Positions 29,982-44,084 of a stretch of 64,000 nucleotides of DNA are shown one piece after another (position 1 is the stretch's first letter; each line of letters opens with the position of its first letter). A program made the position numbers and the translations under genes. The stretch comes from the human T2T-CHM13v2.0 reference genome, Homo sapiens: NCBI RefSeq assembly GCF_009914755.1, contig NC_060926.1; one strand, 5' to 3'. The notes under the pieces are model-generated. The model was not told where the DNA came from, did no database searches, and saw nothing but the letters and a program-made list of their open reading frames with translations.

Positions 29982-32962
29982 AAGAAAAATAACAATTATA
30001 AATAAGCATACACCTAATAACACATCCCTAAAACATATGAAGCAAAGGTTGAGAGAACTGAAAGGACAAATAGATAATTCAACAATAATAATAGTGGAGC
30101 CTTCAACATCTCACTTTCTATAATAGAGCAACTAGACAGAAGATTAACAAGAAAGTAGAAGACTTGAACAACACTATAAAACAACTAGACCTAACAGACA
30201 TCTATAGAGCACTCCACCTAATGGCAGAATATATATATATTTTAAGAGCACAAGAAGCATTCCCTAGGATAGCCCATACTTTAGGTCAAAAAACAAGTCT
30301 CAATAAGTTTAAGAGGGCTCATATGATAAAAAAAAAAATTCTCCAAACACAATGTGATAGAATTAGAAAGAATAACCAAAAAGTTTGGGAAATTCACAAA
30401 TATTGGTTAGTAAAACAATACTTCTAACAAAGTAAGAGTTAAAGAAGAAATCAAAGGGAAATTAGAAAATACTTTGAATGAAAACAAAATAAAACATACC
30501 AAAATACACTGGATGCAGCAAAATCAGTACTTAGAAAGAAATGTATGGCTATAAATGCTTACATTAAAAAGGAAAAATAAGGAATAAGGTCTCAAATCAA
30601 TAACCTCACCCTCCACCTTAAGATACTAGAAAAAGGAGAGCAAACTACACCTAAAGCAAACAGAAAGGACATAATAAAGACTAGAGGGAGAATAAACAAA
30701 CTAGAGAACAGAAAACAATAGAGAAAATCAACAAAACAAAAATTTGTTTTTTGAAAAGGTAAAATTGGTAATCCTTTAGCTAGTTTTGCCAAAAAAAAAA
30801 AGAGAGAAGTCTCAAATCACTAAGATAAGAAACGAAAGAGGGGCTTTAACTACTAACTTTGTAGAAATAAGATTATAAAGGAATATTATGAATAATGGTA
30901 TGCCAAAAAATTAGGTAACAATTATAGACCATATGTTAGGTCATAAAGCAAGTATCAAAACAACTCAAGGAGAATTTTAAAATTAGAATAAACTTATAAT
31001 AATTAGAGAGGTTAAATTAATAATTAAAAATATTTCCACAAAGAAAAGCTCAGGAAGAGATGGCTTCACTGGTGAAATTCACCAAATGTTTAAAGAAGAC
31101 TCTTTTTTAAAATGTCAGTCCTTAACAAACTCTTAAAAATAAAAAAAGTGGAGACTGCTTCCCAGCTCATTCTATGAGGGTAGCATTGCCCTGACACCAA
31201 AACCAATTATATCACAAGAAAGCTATAGACCCTTATAAATATAGATGCAAAAATTCTCAAAAATACTAGTAAACTAAATCCAGCAATATTTAAAAAGGTA
31301 TGCACACCATGACTGAATGGCATTTATCCCAATAATGTAAGATTGGATTATCATCCAAAAATCAATATATATAATATACTATTTTAATAGAATAAAAGAC
31401 AAAAATCACATGATTATCTCAATAGGCAAAAAGCATTTGACAAAATCCAACATGCTTTCATGCCACTTAACAAACATTCAACAAACTAGAAATAGAAGGG
31501 AACTTCCTCAAACTAATAAAAGGACACTTAACAAAAAATGCACAGCTAACACAGTAATGGTAAAAGACTGAATGTTTTACTTTTAACACCAGGAATCAGA
31601 CAAGGATATTGGCTATTTAACCACTTCTATTTAACAATGTACTGGAGGTTCTAGACATGCAATCAGGCAAGAGAAAGAAATAAAAAGGCATTCAGACTGT
31701 AAAGAAAAAAGTAAAATTATCCCTATTTGCAGGTGATAAAATCTCATATACAGATAATTTGAAGGAATTCAGAAAAAACTATTATAATAAACAAGTTCAA
31801 CAAGGTTACAGGACATAAGATCAATATACAAAACTCAGCTGTATTTCTACACACTAACATTGAACAAATCAAATTTAAGAAAATAATTTCATTTACAATA
31901 ATATCAAAAAGAAAAAAACAGGAATAAATGTATCAAAATAAGTGTAAGTCTTTTACACTTAAAACTACAAAACATTGCTGAAAGAAATTAAAGAAGATAC
32001 AAATAAAGGAAAGACAACTTATATACAGGAGTTGGAATATAATCTTGTTAAGATTGCAATACTCTCCAAATTGATTGACAGAGTCAATGCAATCCCTAAA
32101 ATAAACTCAGCTACTAATTTTGGAGAGATTGACAAGTTGATTCTAAAATTAATATGGACATACAAGAGACCTAAAATAGTCAAAATGATCTTCAAGATGA
32201 AAAACAAAAAGTCAAAGGACTCACACTTTTAGATTTTAAAACTTACTTCAAAGATACAGTAACCAAGACAATGTGATACTGGCATGAAGACGTACAGATT
32301 AATGGAGTAGAGTTGAGAGTCTCATAAACCTATATATCTATGGTCAATTGACTTTCCACATGGGTGGCAAGACAAATAAATTGGGAAGGAATAGTCTTTT
32401 CAACAAATGGTGCTGGAATACTGGATGTCCCTGTACAAATGAATGATATTGGACCCCTTATCTCACACCATGTACAAAAATTTAACTTAAAGTGGATCAA
32501 GGGCCTAGATGCAAAAGCTAAAATAATCAGCTCTTAGAAGAACACATGGGCATATGTATTCATGCGCTTAGATTAAACAATCACTTCTTAGATATAATAC
32601 CAAAAGCACAAGTAACAAAAAAATTATAAATTGAATATCAAAATCTAAAACTTTTGTGCTTCAATAGACACCATCAAGAAAGTGAGAAGACAACTCAGAA
32701 TGAAGGCAAATATACATAAATCATAAATCTGATAAGGGACCTGTATACAAAGTATACCAAAAACTCCAAGACTCAGCAATAAAAAGACCATTAACACAAT
32801 TGAAAATGATAAAGGACCTGAATAGACGTTTCCTAAATAAGACATACAAATGGCCAATAATCACATGAAAAGATGCATAACATTGTTAGCCATTAGGAAA
32901 ATGCAAATCAAAACTACAATGAGATGCCTCTCCAAGGAACTGTAAAGTATACTTACTGCAAT

Positions 32963-35063
32963 GAAGAAGTACAATTATCTCTATTTGCAGATGACATAAT
33001 TCTGGAATCTCCTAAGATTCCACCAAAAAACTGTTAGACCTAATATATGAATTGAGTAAAATTGCAGGATACAAAATCAACATACAAAAATCAGTAGCAT
33101 TTTTATATACAAATAATGACCTAACTGAAGAAGACATCCAGCAAACAGTCCCATTTACTATAGCATAAAATGATACTGAGAAATAACTTTAACCATGGAG
33201 GTGAAAGATCTGTACACTGAAAACTATAAATCACTGATGAAAGAAACTGAAGAAAATACAAATAAATGGAAAGATATCCTATGCTCCTGGATTGGAAGAA
33301 GTAATATTGTTAAAATGTCCATACTACCTAAAGCATATCCAGATTCAGTACAATACCTATCAAAATTCCACTGGCATTCTTACAGAAACAGAAAAAACCA
33401 TCCTAATATTTGTATAAAACCATAAAAGACCCCAAATAGCCAAAACAATACTGAGAAAGACAAACAAAATTGGAGGCATCACACTTCCTGATTTCAAATT
33501 ATATTACAAAGCTATAGTAATAAAACAGTAAGATATTGACATAAAAACTGACACACAAGCCAGTGGAACAGAATATAGAGCCCAGAAATAAATCCAAACC
33601 ATGTATGGTCAACTAATTTATGATGAAAGCACCAACAGGACACAACAGGAAAATAATGGTCTCTTAAATTAATGGTTCTGGGAAAACTGGATTTCCAAAT
33701 GCAAAAGAAGGATATTGGACCATTATCTTACACCATACACAAAAATCAACTCAAAATGAAAAAGACCTAAATATAAGACCAAAAACTATAAAATTCCTAG
33801 AGGATAACATAGGGAGAAAAGTCCTGGACAATGCCTTGGTCATGATTTTTTGAATATCACACCAAAAGCTCAGTCCACAAAAGCAAAAGTAAATAAATGG
33901 GACTACATCAAATGAAAAAGCTTCTGTACACCAAAGGAAACAACCAACAAAATGAAATAGCAAACTATGTATTGGGAACAAATATTTGCAAACTATATAT
34001 CTGACAAGGGGTTAACCATTCAAAATTTATAAAGAACTCATACAACTCAAAAGTGGAAAAACAAACAGCCCAATCTAAAAATGGGCAAAAAATCAGAATA
34101 GACATTTCTCCAATGAAGACATTAAAATGGCCAACAGGTACATCAAAAGGTGCTCAACATTATCAACATCATTAATCATCAGGGAAATGCAAATTAAATC
34201 CATTGTGAGATACACCTCATACCCATTAGGGTGGCTACTATCAAAAAGTCAAAAGATGACAAATGTTGGTGAGGTTGTGGAGAAAAGAGAACTCTTTACA
34301 CTGTTGGTGGGAATATAGATTGGTACAACTATTATAGAAAATAGTATGGGGTTTCTAAAGGGGTTAAAAATACAACTACCCTATGACCCAGCAACCCCTC
34401 TTCTGGATACATACTTACAAGAAATGAAATCACCACCTTATAAAGATATCTACTTTCTCATATTCATTGCAGCATTATTCACAAGAGCAAACATATGGAA
34501 ACAAGTAAGTGTCTATTGATTAATGAAGGGATAAAGATATTGAATATTATCAAGTGGTACATATATATAATGGAATGTTATTCATTCCTAAAAAAGAATC
34601 AGATGTTGCCATTTGCCATGACATGGATAAGCCTGGAGGACATTACACTAGGTGCTACAGGACAGACACAGAAAGAAAAATATTGCATAATCTCATTTAT
34701 ATGTGGAATCTGAAAAAAATTCAAATATACAGAGAGAACAAAACAGTAGTTACTAGGGGTAGTAGTCAGTGGGAAGAAAATAGGGAGATGTAGGTCGGAG
34801 GATACAAAGTAGCAGATATGTAGGATGAACAAGTCTAGAGAAATAATGTACATGAGGACCCTAGGTAACACAATTGTATTGTATGTGGAATTCATGCTAA
34901 AGGAGTACAATTTAGCTGCTCTTGCAACAAAAACAAAGAAATGGGCAACTGTGAGATGACGGCTATGTTAATTTGCTTCACTAAAGTAACATTTTTACTA
35001 TCTATATGTATTCCATAACATGTTGTATACCTTAAATATACATAATAAAACTTATTTAAAAAA
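32963..35063 (+). mobile_element. L1MA (MA7/8-like) 3' portion nested in the old L1MB
   Basis: Restarts at the RT core (tctctatttgcagatgacat = LFADD) after the host had already passed that region; distinct 3' UTR gatacaaagtagcagatatgtaggatgaacaagtctagag...aataaaa. Confidence 0.82.
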
Positions 35064-35566
35064 GAATTTAGCAAGTAGAAAAAGTGGTAGAGGAGAGAAA
35101 AATGATGGTCCAAATATAGAAGTATTTGATGTGAATTGTGGCAGAGTTTCAAAGAAAATAAAATTACATAATACGTGAAAAACAAAGAGACAAATTGCCC
35201 AGCAAGGATATGGACACATCATGTACTTCAGAAATGGCATAAAGGGAGATAATCAATTATGAGATAGCACTCTTCAAAGGATAAATTTTTAGATCCAAAA
35301 TGATCTTAAGTAACATGAACTATGTTTTGGGGTGACTAATGGATGGGATAACCTATAGTGTTCTTTTATTATATGCTTGTTTTGTACACACGAGGGATGC
35401 CATAAACAAAATGAGTTCCCTTTTGCATTACTACTTAAAAGTAATCATACGGGTCATTTTCCAGTGGTCATTCACTTCTTGCTACTACACAATGCTTAGG
35501 CTTAGAATTCTGAGCCTGAATAGCACCCTAATTGCAAAAAGCATGGTCATTAAAAACAAACAAATC

Positions 35567-35866
35567 GGCCAGGCACAGTGGCTCACACCTGTAATTCAGC
35601 ATTTTGGGAGGCCAAGGTGGGTGGAACACCTGAGGTTAAGAGTTCAAGACCAGCCTGGCCAACATGGCAAAACCCAATCTCTACTAAAAGTACAAAAATT
35701 AGCCAGGCTTGGTGGCAGGCACCTTAATTCCAGCTACTCAGGAGGGTGAGGCAGGAGAACCACTTGAACCCAATAGACAGAGGTTGCCGTGAGCCGAGAC
35801 TGTGCCACTGTACTCTAGCCTGGGCAACAGAGTGAGACTCCATCCCCTGCATCCCCCAAAAAAACA
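35567..35866 (+). mobile_element. Alu (AluS)
   Basis: ggccaggcacagtggctcacacctgtaa...gagactccatc with a degenerate tail. Confidence 0.93.
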
Positions 35867-36718
35867 AAAACCACAATGAAATGCTGTGTCACATCCACTA
35901 AAATGGCTATAACTAAAAGAAAGAAATAAAAATAAGGATTGATAAGCATCAAAATGGAACCCTCATTCTTTGCTGGTGCGAATGTAAAATGGTATAGCTA
36001 CTGTAGAAAACAGTCTGACAGTTGGTCCAAAAGTTAGACACAGAGTTACCACATGACCTAGCAAATCCACTTCTAGGCCTATACCCAAAAGAACCGAAAA
36101 TCTATGTGTACTCAAAAATTTGTACATGAATGTTCTCAGCAGCATTATTCTTAATAGCCAAAAAAGTAGAAACAACATCATCAACTGATGAATAAGAAAC
36201 ATATGATATATCCAAACAATGGAATATTATTCATCCATAAAAAAGAATGAAGGAATAAAGTGCATGTACACATGAATGAATAGTGAAAACATTATGTTAA
36301 GTAAAAGAAACCAAACACAAATGGTCACATATTATATAATTCCATTTATAAGAAATGTCCAAAATAGACAAATCCATTGAGGCAGAAAGTAGATTAGCAG
36401 TTGCTAGGGCCTTGGAGGAGGGAAGAGAGGGGAGTGGCTGCTAATGGGTAGAGTTTCTTTTTTGGAGTGATGAAAATGTTCTGGAAGCAGACAGCAATGG
36501 TATGGTTGAACAACCTTGTGAATATATTAAAAACCACTGAATTGAACACCTTAAAATGTTGATTTTGTGGTATATGAATTACATCTCAAGAAAAAAAAAC
36601 TTAAAGATAAGAATAATTAGCATAAATATGATAATTACGCTGCCAAGTAAGAATAATAAAAATTGTTTTGGATAGTTGAACAAATCAAGTGATACTTATT
36701 GAGTAGTCTACCAAGTGC

Positions 36719-37146
36719 TGTGGCCATGGAGATGCCCTATTCACATCTCCCTTTAGGAGAACCTCATCAGGAAGTATAGCTGATTGACACCTCCATCTCC
36801 ACGCCTCTGGGTCCAAGCCTCCCCTGGAGCTGTTCCCCGTCAATGACTGAGCGTGATGAGGGCAGGAACTGGGTCACTCCCGTGAAAGCATGATTTCTCC
36901 AACTGGCAAATTCTGCTCGGGACTTCCCATTGGCCAGGCAGTGATTTTTTCCAAACCACACTGTGACCAAAGACTCTTTATATTCACTCCTTACTTGTCT
37001 CTCTTCTTCCACAGAGCACTGTGGTCAAATGCTCTCCCCATCTACTGCTGATCCTGCTCTCTTTAGCTTTCACATTTGTTTCTCCTGAAAAACCTTTTGC
37101 TCATCTAATATTGGCATGTGTTCTTTGGAGAGCAGAAGTGACTCAT
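36719..37146 (+). mobile_element. LTR16-type ERVL solo LTR
   Basis: tgtggccatggagatgcc...ctgctcgggacttcccattggcc...catctaatattggcatgtgttctttggag resembles recalled LTR16 consensus. Confidence 0.6.
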
Positions 37147-37480
37147 GAATGTATGTCTAAGAAGGAATATAGTACAAGACTTGAGGAATGTAGCTGAAAG
37201 GCCTTAGTAGGACTGAATGTGTCTGCATGTGTCTCTGGGATTCCAGGGATATATTGTATTCGCTTGTACTAAACAGATGTATAAAAGACTTACATAAACA
37301 AACTACTCTCCAAGGTGCCTAATTCGAAGGATAATATATGTATTTGAGTGAAGTAGTTCTTGAAATGCTTGGGAAATACCAGTTTCATACAATCATGGTA
37401 CTTAATAATAACCAATATAGGTACTGACTGAGGCCACAAACACTGCATGGGCAAATCAGACAAGGCCTGTAAGTCTAAAG

Positions 37481-37740
37481 CAGTGTTTTTCACACTTTGG
37501 GACACTGCAAAGTGTAAATCACGAAATCAGTTTTGTGGGTCATGACAGCAGATGTTTTAGTTTTGTTTTTCTTTCCTTAAAAGAATAGATAAGAATATAG
37601 GTGCATAGTAAAGGTAAGTATAGTTTCATAAAATATTTGTCTTAGATATGTGTGTGTATACTTGTGTGTGTATTTATATACACTACCTAGGTTTGGATAT
37701 TTTTGTCACGGATTGCATTAGAAAAGATTTGAAAGTCATG
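37481..37740. mobile_element. hAT-Charlie MITE (Charlie4-like)
   Basis: cagtgtttttcacact...gaaatcagttttgtgggtcatgac...gatttgaaagtcatg, with degenerate terminal inverted repeats. Confidence 0.55.
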
Positions 37741-37969
37741 ATCTAAGGGATATACAATAAAGTTGGCACAGTCAGAATTTACATAAAGACATTTAGTAAC
37801 ATTCTTTAAAGTAGGAACAGAATTTCTGATTCCCAAAAGCTTCACCAGGGTTGCATGCTTTTGAGTGATAATGTCCAAGTGGAGTGAGTCACATAAAACC
37901 TTCTGGTGCATAGAGGTGCTCCTCCAGGCCCAGAATCATATTCATAATCTGATTAGGTACTGGAGATCA

Positions 37970-38335
<366 letters not shown>

Positions 38336-38942
38336 TCATAGTACACTCCGGAATAAACAAAATCCTCACTCATCATACTTCGTCTCTCCAGGCTAATACA
38401 GTCTCTTCCAAGTTTATTCCTGACTGTATCATTGCTGCTGGACAAAGACAAAGGGTGGTAACCCAGACATCTCTCGAGTCTTGCTAAGAGCTCCTTGGAC
38501 TAACTATAGAGCTCATCCAGTGGTTTGCCTCACTAGAGCTACGTCTCATGGGAGTCAATTCTCCTTAAAAGAATGATAGGATTTGGGCCATGGTGGCTGG
38601 AAATCTAAAGGAAGAGTCACAGAGAAGTCAGGAATGGTTGCAAACCATTGCTAGAAGGGGTAATCTGTTTTGCAAAACTAGATTCCACACAGATGTGTAA
38701 AGGAAAAGAAAATAAAAGTCAATAAGGCATTGAAACAGAAGATTCACTCTTCTAACCTAAAAAATGCAATGCACAAAACTAATGTTGAGAAAAGTCACAG
38801 GGCTGTCTCATCTTAAAATTTAAAGAAACTCTAAACTCTCGTAGGTGCTTCTCAAAGTTGAGGTATATGTACTCTCTGGGGGAAATCATAGATGAGCTAA
38901 GGGATGGAAAAGCCACAGGAAAAACAAAGCGGCTCTAGGGTC

Positions 38943-41135
38943 ATATTATGTCATTGAATCTATGAGAGCATCGATTGTAAGATGGACTGTTGTTGTCAGC
39001 CCACTAAAAGAAAAAAATGCTATGAGGCAATGCATTATCACTTAAAATATTTTAATCTTATTTTAAAAGATATTTCAGATTCAATATAAATTCTATCATA
39101 TACCATTCTTGAAGGAAAATGTAAAACTATACAAGTTGATTATACACAAGGGAAAATAAAGAATGTCACTCTTCTGAATCAATTCTCAATTCAGAGTCGT
39201 CAGTGTTCACAGATCTTATCCTCTAAGCCATCAGGATATTAATGATGCAGCATGTATCTTTAAAAGTGCTCTGCTATCATCTCCAGAAATTTCTTCCAAG
39301 CTGCTGACACTCTCTTGTAAGTTTTGAGGCCGTCACTTATTGAACTTAGTAGAAGATACCATTGGAGGGTTTTTAGATAAAACCAAACTCATATTCCTTC
39401 CTAAAGTGATCTTTCCTTGGTTTGTTGGCTGCAATTTTAAGGGTTGCTAATGTCCAGTCTTGCCACTAGAAATTTTTTCACTGTGCAGATACATGTCTAA
39501 AAATGCACCAACAGCTAACATCACTTTGAAGGTTAAGTAAGACTCCTGGCCATCTTTCCACATGGCTGTACACCACTCATTCATCAGCTCACCTGTCATT
39601 CATCTCTATGTGTGTGTATGTGCATGCATGCATGAGTGCACACACAAAAGATAACAGCATTGAGTTCAATCTCATTTTCATCTGAGAATGGGTTCAAACT
39701 CACACACTAAAATTGCATTCATTTCCCATTTCTGCATAACAAATTACTATACATATAGCAGCTTAAAACAACACCTATTTATTATCTCAGAGGGCTGGAA
39801 GTCACAAGTTCATCATGACGTGCTGGATTTGCTGCTCAGGCTCTTACAAGACCAAAATCAAGGAATTGACAGAGCTATATTCCTCTCTGAAGGCTCTGGG
39901 GAAGAATGGAGCTCATTCAGGTTGTTGGCAGAATTCAACTCCTTGCAGTTGTATGACTGAGGTCCAGGTTTCCTTGACATTTGGCCCTGTCTATATTTAA
40001 ACCAGCAACATTTGTTGAATCCTGCTCGTGCATAACATGTCTCCGACTTTTCCCTTCTGTTGAGCCTTTTCAGCTTCCTTTTGTGTCCTCAACTGGGAGA
40101 AGGCTCTGTTTTAAGGGTTCACATGATTACATCAGACTCACCTAGACAATCCAGAATAATCTCCCTATTTTAACATCAATTGATTAGTTATCTTAATTAT
40201 CTCTGTAATCTCTTTGGCTTGTAATGTAACGTGAATATATGACAAGTGGTGAGGATCTTGGGGGCCAACATTCTGCCTCCCACACTTAGTTTGATATTGT
40301 TCAAAATGAAATATGGTGACAAGTTTTGACCACCTGACACCATGCATGACATCACATTGAAATGCTGTACATTTTGTCATCTATGTTCTCAGTGTTAATT
40401 GTTTTAGCACTCTTGGCATTGGCAGGTATGTCAAAGGACACAGGTTTTCTCAGCATTTCCTATTTGACTAAATTCCTAGTTTTTCCTAAATGAATTACAT
40501 GTCACTGGATGTTAAGCAGTTTCCAATCAGTTGAAAATTTTTGACAAATTGATGTTCCACACCTTAATAACAGTCCTGCATCATGCACGAGTTTAGTTAT
40601 ATCAGCCTCTTGTTTTGAAATTTATTTCACTTATTATAAGAGCTTTGGCAATTTCTCCTGCCTTCAGTTGCATAACTTGACATGTGTTAGGTGACCCGTG
40701 TAGATGTATTTCAGTAACCAAATATAGCACCACTTCATCTTCTTGAGAGTTTCTTCCTTCATTGTTGCTTTGAAAGAACATACAGAAATGGGACCAGTTT
40801 TCCAAAAACAAATATTTTCATCACTAATATCAAATTTACACTCCACTTCTTATTTCTACGTTTTTCTGCAAAACAATAACTTTTCATTTCAATGCCAGAC
40901 CACACTGTAATCTCATTGGACACACATATTAACCAGCATTTAAGTCCAATCTATGTAGTACCAACAACGTACAATACACAATTGAACAGATAACACAAAC
41001 AGCTCTGACCAAGTTTGTACATGCACAGGCAATAGCTGTGTCACCAACTGTCACTAAGACATCACTGGTAGTAAGATACCATTCTGACTTTCAACATGTT
41101 AAGTGTGAGAAAAAGTGCCTTAAAATCATTGAGCA
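38943..41135 (-). mobile_element. Tc2/Kanga-type (pogo-like) DNA transposon with decayed transposase, split by an MLT1
   Basis: Minus-strand peptides KFDISDENICFWK and EVVLYLVTE...QVMQLKAGEIAKAL...FKTRG (CENP-B-type HTH), and VSAAWKK...CCI..DG.ED (DDE C-terminus); TIR-like ends cattgaatctatgagagcatcgattgtaagatg and gtgccttaaaatcattga. Confidence 0.75.
39713..40284 (-). mobile_element. MLT1D/E-type MaLR LTR
   Basis: gcataacaaattact...cttaaaacaacac...ctcattcaggttgttggcagaattca...ataatctccctatttt...cattctgcctcccaca. Confidence 0.8.
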
Positions 41136-42094
41136 ACTACTATGTGCCAGGCATTGTGCTCTTTCAGCAATTCTACTGAATTTTCCTGGTAATCTACTTG
41201 CAAGTAATAAACGTAATGGCTGAGAAGATTAGTGCCAGGGCCAGGCTAACTGGGTTTCAAATATTGCCTCTGTAACTTACTGTGTTACCCTGGACATATT
41301 TCTTAATTCTTATCTGTAATATAGGAAAAAAACGGGATAATTCATGTGCAGTACTTAGCACATAGTAAAACTCAAAAATAGTGTCATGTTGTTTCTGTTG
41401 TTTTTAACTGAGCTTAAGAGCTGGCTCCTTTTCTTCCCATATGCTCATGAAGCAAATACCTGTATTCTCCCAGTTAGTGAAAAAGTATTCATTCTGGAAA
41501 TAGAACCTCTTTTAGTTCTAATTCCTTATTGTTCTAAAATATACCAGATTATCTCATCCTGCCTTGAGTGTACTGGTTCACTAAAGGACAGGAGCCATCA
41601 ATACTCATGACCAGGGAACTCGGAGAAAATACGGTGTTTAAAAAAGGAAAAATGTCCACATAAAAGGTTTAACATTCAGGCTACTTAACACTCTGTCCTC
41701 CACCTTTTCTTTTGTGCATCCCTTTCCCTATATGCACTTGGATCTCTGTGGGTTAACATCTAACAAAGGTTTAGGAATTAAAAGGTCTGTAAAAAATGGG
41801 GTACACTCGGGGTTGTTTAGGGGCTAGGCAACAGACTATGACACCTGGGGGAGAAAGTGAGCCTTCTTCCCATTTCTGCACAAATGACCCAGCCTGTCCC
41901 AGGTTCGTGAAGGTCACCAGTGCACCTAAGGTAGTGCTGGGGAGCTGTGGCACAGCACTGGTGAGGAGTGCAGTTATGCCCGTGGGAATTCCGGAGTGGG
42001 CAAGGAAGCCCACATCATAGAACGCTGCTCTGTCATGGCCAGAGGGAGAGGATTTATGGGTGGTCACTTGGAAGAAATGATGAGTCAGTAGTAA

Positions 42095-42133
<39 letters not shown>

Positions 42134-42134
42134 T
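42095..42134. repeat. (ATT)n microsatellite
   Basis: Direct observation. Confidence 0.9.
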
Positions 42135-42143
42135 TAAATCTTA

Positions 42144-42428
42144 GGCTTGGCATGGTGGTTCACGCCAGCACTTTTGGGAGGCCAAAGCAGGAGGATCCCT
42201 TGAGGCCAGGAATTTGAGACCAGCCTGGGCAACACAGTGAGACTCCTGTCTCTACAAAATAATTTTAAAATTAGCCAGGTGTGGTGGCATGCACTTGCAG
42301 TCCTAGCTAATTGGGAGGTTGAGATGGGAGGATTGCTTAAGCCCAGGAGTTCAAGGATTACAGTGAACTATGATTGCACCACTGCACTCTTGCCTGGGCA
42401 ACAGAGTGAGACCCTGTCTCTAAAAAAA
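42144..42428 (+). mobile_element. AluJ
   Basis: ggaggatcccttgaggccaggaatttgagaccagcctgggcaacacag and ggaggattgcttaagcccagg (J-type); TSD aaatcttag. Confidence 0.9.
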
Positions 42429-42639
42429 GAAATCTTAGAAACTCCAGGAATACTTCAAGGATGGCTTTTACAAGGGACTAGGGTTCTTATGTTACACTAC
42501 ATAGGAGAAATGCTTAAGCAGCCAAATATATAAATTATAACTATTAATGTGACTCTATTTATTTAAAGCCATAGTCTGGAGGCCTGGTGAAATCTGGTTA
42601 TGTTTGTATTATATTTTTAACCCACTCCCACCACTGTTC

Positions 42640-42770
42640 ATTGCCCTTGAGATCCTTGAGGACAGAGACTGCTTTTAATTTTTAAAAAATCTCTGTAGCC
42701 CTATCACCTAGCAGAGAACTCAGCACAGAGTAGGTACTCAATATATGACTGTTGAAGGAAGGAATAACTG
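42640..42770 (+). mobile_element. L2 3' end
   Basis: tccttgaggacagagac...cctagcagagaactcagcacagagtaggtactcaatatat...tgttgaaggaa. Confidence 0.65.
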
Positions 42771-44084
42771 CCTCCAAACAACAAATTTAGAATAAACAGA
42801 TAGAAGTTATAGGAATATAATTCAACATAAAATGCCTTTCTAACTACTAGAATCCCTTATAAATGCAAGAAGTCTATCATGACATAGTGAGAATCCTGTC
42901 ACTAGAGGTGTTGCCAGTGATACCCTGGAAGAGGAGCACACTTCATGGAGGGAGATGGATTGAATCATTTCCAGCTCTTGAATTGATTGGTACTCATTGC
43001 ATGGAGACCAACAGGAGACTAGCTATGACAAAGCAGTGAAAGACACTAAGCAGAAGTGATGAGTCAGCAAAACTGGTTATTATTTAAAAATGGCTTCAAG
43101 GACTATCTATAAAAATCAGCAAGCCTCAAACCAGAGTTCATCAGAATTGAAATAATACCCTGAAACATTGTTACAAGGAGCCATAGAAATTGTCTTCTAA
43201 AAACTACACTATTATAACTCTGACTGATGTTCAGAGGACTAAAGTATCTAATAGACATCATCTATAGTGATGATGTTAAATGATGAAAGGTTAAAGGAAA
43301 GATCAGACTGTGAGATCAAGCTGTGATTTTTAGACTCATAGCCCATTTCAATGTCCCTTCCATGTCACTGGTGAAGTAAATTCTGGAGTCACTTGTCTTG
43401 GTTCCTTTAACTTCCAATAAATGACTGAAGGAACTCAGATCTACACGAGGAGAATTACTGGACAATGATGGAAAGGTCTTCTGAGATAAATGAACATTCT
43501 ACATTAATTTAAAAGCCATAAATAGAATGATGAATAGGACTATCTCATAATGTCAAAGTTCAAAGGCACTTTTCAAATGTCTCTTTAAAGAAAACCTGAC
43601 CTTTCTTTCTGTCTTTTATTATCAGAAAGTTTGCCAAGAGCAGTCTAGGTCTTGGGTCATTTCATTTTGACATGGAAGTTCTCTCAGGATTAAAAATAAT
43701 AAAAAAACAGAAGTATTTAACTCTGAAGTGACCATGAGAACATGTTCAGCAGTATAAAAAATAACAATATTGAAGCATTAGGACTTCAAAAGTTGTGTTT
43801 TAATAACTACATAAAGCTTCCCCTCTCATATATGAGAGATATAACTTATATGAGGTCATGAATAGCTAAAGATATCAGCATGAATAGAGATTTTTCTATC
43901 GTATTTCATGTTGTTTTATAACATTCTATTTAGGAAAATTGCTGAGTATACTACTAGTAACTTTCTATGCTAAATATCTTGGTTAGGTATAGATTAGCTG
44001 GCATTAAATATAGATGTGAATATAAATACATTTTTATGAATATAAAACCTCTTACCAAAGACCTCTTTTTCCCATTTCAATTTC

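Noticed and set aside
41771-42067. 98-aa minus-strand ORF as an extra exon or microprotein
   Set aside because: No recognisable homology, and the flanking PDE11A exons already join in frame without it.
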